The notes beneath the pieces were generated by a model. The model ran no database searches. It saw only the letters and a program-made list of their open reading frames with translations, and had not been told where the DNA came from. Shown here one piece after another: positions 60,869 through 64,000 of a stretch of DNA of 64,000 bases (positions are counted from its first letter, which is position 1; each line of letters begins with the position of its first letter). This stretch comes from a phage: the NCBI GenBank assembly GCA_012225525.1, contig GCA_012225525.1_3923.1. One strand, 5' to 3'. The position numbers and the translations under genes were made by a program.

Positions 60869-61410
60869 TCTTTCACCATAGCATTTCTGAACTGGCGTTG
60901 TGTTTCTCTTGTAATTTCGTTTGGGGTAAACCCTGCTTTTAGCATATCTCTGAAAAGAACTTCTAAGTGGTCCCTCTCAATGGTGTAAATGGCATTCTGA
61001 ATAGCTGTTTTACGCTCCTTCAGGTCGCTGCTAATCTCTTCGCACTTGCTTGTAAGTTCTGTGTCAACTTTCTTATAGACTGGCATAACATGTGCATAAC
61101 AACCTTTATTGGTCTCCATGAAGAATTTAAAAGATTCTTCAGAGTCCTTTAGAGCAATCCCTATAAAGTTCTTGTAAGCACCTGTGAAAGATAAGGACTC
61201 AATCTCAGCAGTTGAGTATACAGTCCCTGCACACAGCCTTGCAGAAGTACTAAATGTGTGGTTTGGTGTCATGTCAAAATCTAAGTTCTTCAGTGGCCTG
61301 AAATAAACAATACCGTTGTGTGAGATATGTGTTACAACAGCCTCAACACTCTTTGAAGGATTCTGTTTAACATACAAAATAATTTTATCGTGTTCTTTCA
61401 CTTTAGCCAT
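60865..61410 (-). CDS. hypothetical protein
   Basis: 181 aa ORF. Confidence 0.45.
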   Translation of the reverse strand: MAKVKEHDKIILYVKQNPSKSVEAVVTHISHNGIVYFRPLKNLDFDMTPNHTFSTSARLCAGTVYSTAEIESLSFTGAYKNFIGIALKDSEESFKFFMETNKGCYAHVMPVYKKVDTELTSKCEEISSDLKERKTAIQNAIYTIERDHLEVLFRDMLKAGFTPNEITRETQRQFRNAMVKE

Positions 61411-61482
61411 ATCTATTCTCCAGAAACTAAAAAGGGAACTACCTTTCGATAGCTCCCATCATAATCAATATTGTATACTCGG

Positions 61483-62064
61483 TCAAGAGTATTTTTTAGG
61501 CAGTAATGCACTGCGCTTGTTGCTCTCTTCACTCAGCAGTGCGATAAATTCATCACCTTTACCCTTCCACGGGCTAAATGTAGGGATGTGTTCTCTGATA
61601 GCGTCAATCACTGTTTTCAGGGCATTGTTTTTTAGCCACCAATCAGACACTGCTGAAGCTACAATATAATAAGCACCATCATCTGTGAAGATTGGCTCAG
61701 AGATACATGGTGAAATCATAGTGGTGATGATAGAGCCGTTATTCATGTAATATGTTCTTTTTTCAACCTTATCAAGAAGCTTATGTAGGTCTGCAAAGAG
61801 ACTCACAACCTCTTTATGGTCAATATCTTTTTCAAGATTTGCTCTATATTTCAGCAGTGCAGCATCAACCTCTTTATCATTAAATTTGAAGTACTGGACT
61901 TCTTCATTCACACATACACTGATGTTGTTAGTGTTTATCGTCAATTTGCACAGTTTGACTGGAGAGTTGATGTTGGTCTGAAAAAGTGCTACACAGCCTT
62001 CTACATTTCCGAAATGTTTTACTAATGTAACTTCTGGTTGGATATGCTCATGTTCTTCTGACAT
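61483..62064 (-). CDS. hypothetical protein
   Basis: 193 aa ORF. Confidence 0.45.
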   Translation of the reverse strand: MSEEHEHIQPEVTLVKHFGNVEGCVALFQTNINSPVKLCKLTINTNNISVCVNEEVQYFKFNDKEVDAALLKYRANLEKDIDHKEVVSLFADLHKLLDKVEKRTYYMNNGSIITTMISPCISEPIFTDDGAYYIVASAVSDWWLKNNALKTVIDAIREHIPTFSPWKGKGDEFIALLSEESNKRSALLPKKYS

Positions 62065-62408
62065 TACAGTTTCCTCATTAAATACTTTTTAAGTTGTGTG
62101 TTAGGTTTCTCAAAAACTTCTATAGAAGATATCTTGACAGACTCACCACGCATACCAGTATGTTTGAATATGTAGTACTCTAACATCCCTATGTACTTTG
62201 CTGGTAAGTCATATTTGACATACACCGTCACAGAATCTTCAAATTCTACAACCTTTGTACCATCTTTGTAGTTGAACTCTTTAGGATGGTTGTAGTTGTC
62301 TATGTCATACATTAAAAAGAGTCTTTTACGTTGTAAATCAAGCTTATTTGTTAAAGACTCTTTGATATCTGAGAAGTTTTTGTACACTGTGACATGGAGC
62401 TTACTCAT
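62064..62408 (-). CDS. hypothetical protein
   Basis: 114 aa ORF. Confidence 0.45.
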   Translation of the reverse strand: MSKLHVTVYKNFSDIKESLTNKLDLQRKRLFLMYDIDNYNHPKEFNYKDGTKVVEFEDSVTVYVKYDLPAKYIGMLEYYIFKHTGMRGESVKISSIEVFEKPNTQLKKYLMRKL

Positions 62409-62694
62409 CGTTAAACTCTCTGACGAAGAAATAGTTGACTTTGTTATTACCTACCATAAGGTCAAAGCAGGTATTTTCAAAAGGTTTGTTGTAGGCATCG
62501 TATGAAACATATGGGTCAGCTACTTGCTTAGTGCTTAACTTCTTACTTGATGGATTTAAGAGGCCACCATACAGCTTCTTGATAGCCTCTTCTACAACAG
62601 ACCAGATAATTTCGTCAGTAATTTCTTCGTACAGGTCAAGTTCACGCTCTAGTGAGAAGTCACAAATAGGGAAAACAACCTGTACTTTACTCAT
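62401..62694 (-). CDS. hypothetical protein
   Basis: 97 aa ORF. Confidence 0.45.
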   Translation of the reverse strand: MSKVQVVFPICDFSLERELDLYEEITDEIIWSVVEEAIKKLYGGLLNPSSKKLSTKQVADPYVSYDAYNKPFENTCFDLMVGNNKVNYFFVREFNDE

Positions 62695-63083
62695 TAACGA
62701 ACAACCTGTGAGACTTGAATTGCTTCAGTTACAGACAAATCACCAACTTTCTCTTCTTTGATAAAAGTGAAGGTGAGTTCAACAGGCTCTTGCTCTTCTT
62801 GCTCAACTGGAATGCCATTAAGCTCATCGCGGATTGATTGAGTTGTCCAGTCTTCTCCACCATCTGGATAATGGATGGCGTAAAGAGGAAACTCCGTGTC
62901 ATACCAGCCAAATACAGGGCAACCATCTGCATCATCTCGCATTCTGCGAAGGGTGCTACCTGAGCCTGTAAAGCGAAGACTAATATTCCCATTACACTCA
63001 AAAATCACTGCGTCAGCAAGTCCAGCATCTTCTCGACCATCATGGCCAAAGGTGTCAACTTTTACTTGAATCTCTTTATTCAT
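62694..63083 (-). CDS. hypothetical acidic protein
   Basis: 129 aa ORF. Confidence 0.45.
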   Translation of the reverse strand: MNKEIQVKVDTFGHDGREDAGLADAVIFECNGNISLRFTGSGSTLRRMRDDADGCPVFGWYDTEFPLYAIHYPDGGEDWTTQSIRDELNGIPVEQEEQEPVELTFTFIKEEKVGDLSVTEAIQVSQVVR

Positions 63084-63474
63084 AAAAACCTCTCTCTGCT
63101 TGTTCTATTTTTGCTCTTAAAGCTTCGCAATGTTGTAAATGATAGTTAGCTTCTTGCTCATGTGTTGCTAACTGCCTTTCCAGAACAGTTTTATAATAAC
63201 TTGCGAGTTGCTCTTTTGTCAATGGGTGCTCTGAAATAATATCAAGTCCACTTTCACCAAGAGGGTTGAATTGTCCATGTTCGTTGACATTGTAAGTCTC
63301 AAACTTGAACAGGCCATTGTTCACAGACTCAATAGGTGACAGTTCAACAAGCTCTACAGTAAACCGTGTATATACCTTGTCACCTCTTGAAACCACATTG
63401 TTCCCGACAATGCGTACAAGCGAGCCATTACGAGTGTACTTAAAAGTTCCAAAGTCACTAGCCCAAAGTTTCAT
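63076..63474 (-). CDS. hypothetical protein
   Basis: 132 aa ORF. Confidence 0.45.
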   Translation of the reverse strand: MKLWASDFGTFKYTRNGSLVRIVGNNVVSRGDKVYTRFTVELVELSPIESVNNGLFKFETYNVNEHGQFNPLGESGLDIISEHPLTKEQLASYYKTVLERQLATHEQEANYHLQHCEALRAKIEQAERGFYE

Positions 63475-63493
63475 AGCTTTCTCCTTAGAAAAT

Positions 63494-63516
63494 AAAAAAG
63501 GCTCCCGAAGGAGCCT
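63494..63516 (-). terminator. intrinsic terminator (minus strand) after the lysozyme gene
   Basis: GGCTCC-ttcg-GGAGCC hairpin followed on the minus strand by TTTTTTATTTT. Confidence 0.65.
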
Positions 63517-63525
63517 ATGAAGATA

Positions 63526-63990
63526 TTACTTTGGGTATACACTGTCAAGATAAATGTCAGCTTCCATTCTACGTCTGTTTTTCAGACCGTTTGAAGTGAC
63601 CTTCTTACCTTTGACTGTAACCTTGTTCCACCACTGCATAGCTTCTGCACAACCTACCTTATTACCGGCATTGTGGCGCTTGATAAATGTGGAATCCTGC
63701 ATAGCTGTGATACCGATGTTGTATGTTTCACTTACAAGTGCATCGAACTCATTCTGAGTAGTTGGAACCTTGATAGCTTTGTTCACTGCTGCAACAAACT
63801 TCTCAACATCCGCGAGAAGATACTGTTCAGCTTGTTCAGCAGTAATTTTCATACCCATCTTAACAGGTTTTCCGTCAATACGGATTGTCCCATACCCGAT
63901 TGTTGGGATTCCGGCAGAATCTTCGTAAGCCTCTAACTCCAGACCTTCGAAGAACTTAATAGCATCTAAACCTTTTCTTGAGAGTTGCAT
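63526..63990 (-). CDS. phage lysozyme (GH24, T4 e / lambda R-like endolysin)
   Basis: N-terminal FFEGLELEAYEDSAGIPTIGYGT matches the GH24 catalytic Glu...Asp...Thr region (E-x8-D-x5-T); 154 aa. Confidence 0.8.
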   Translation of the reverse strand: MQLSRKGLDAIKFFEGLELEAYEDSAGIPTIGYGTIRIDGKPVKMGMKITAEQAEQYLLADVEKFVAAVNKAIKVPTTQNEFDALVSETYNIGITAMQDSTFIKRHNAGNKVGCAEAMQWWNKVTVKGKKVTSNGLKNRRRMEADIYLDSVYPK

Positions 63991-64000
63991 TACGCCTCCC

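Overview
This 64 kb window looks like part of a virulent, large dsDNA phage of a Gram-negative host, about 39-40% GC and densely coded. The gene content resembles Felix O1-like or T5/T4-like lytic myoviruses, but that is a from-memory impression I could not confirm by search. Layout: (1) 95-9503, plus strand, a baseplate and tail-fibre block ending in two fibres with His-x-His repeats. (2) 9542-21105, minus strand, an early/DNA-metabolism operon with thymidylate synthase, DHFR, DNA ligase and a T7-like family A DNA polymerase interrupted by an HNH-endonuclease-bearing intervening sequence. (3) 21332-50470, plus strand, a replication and nucleotide-metabolism block: dNMP kinase, T7 gp4-like primase-helicase, SSB, flap endonuclease, aerobic NrdAB and anaerobic NrdDG reductases, a PRPP-synthetase-like plus NAMPT-like pair, rIIA/rIIB, a lytic transglycosylase, a candidate spanin pair and a TARG1/DarG-like macrodomain protein. 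(4) 50900-56705, an array of 14 small genes, each behind a copy of one of two conserved promoter/hairpin/RBS cassettes. (5) 56770-58340, a 1.6 kb ORF-free region packed with short degenerate repeats. (6) 58350-63990, minus strand, small genes ending in a GH24 lysozyme. The most notable items are the PRPP-synthetase/NAMPT pair (candidate NAD+ reconstitution counter-defence), the macrodomain protein, the interrupted polymerase, two composite repeat elements with compensatory hairpin changes flanking a two-gene cassette (13026-14831), the small-gene cassette array, and the ORF-free repeat region. No tRNA, rRNA, CRISPR array or integrase was seen. All calls are from reading the sequence and ORF translations; no database searches were run.
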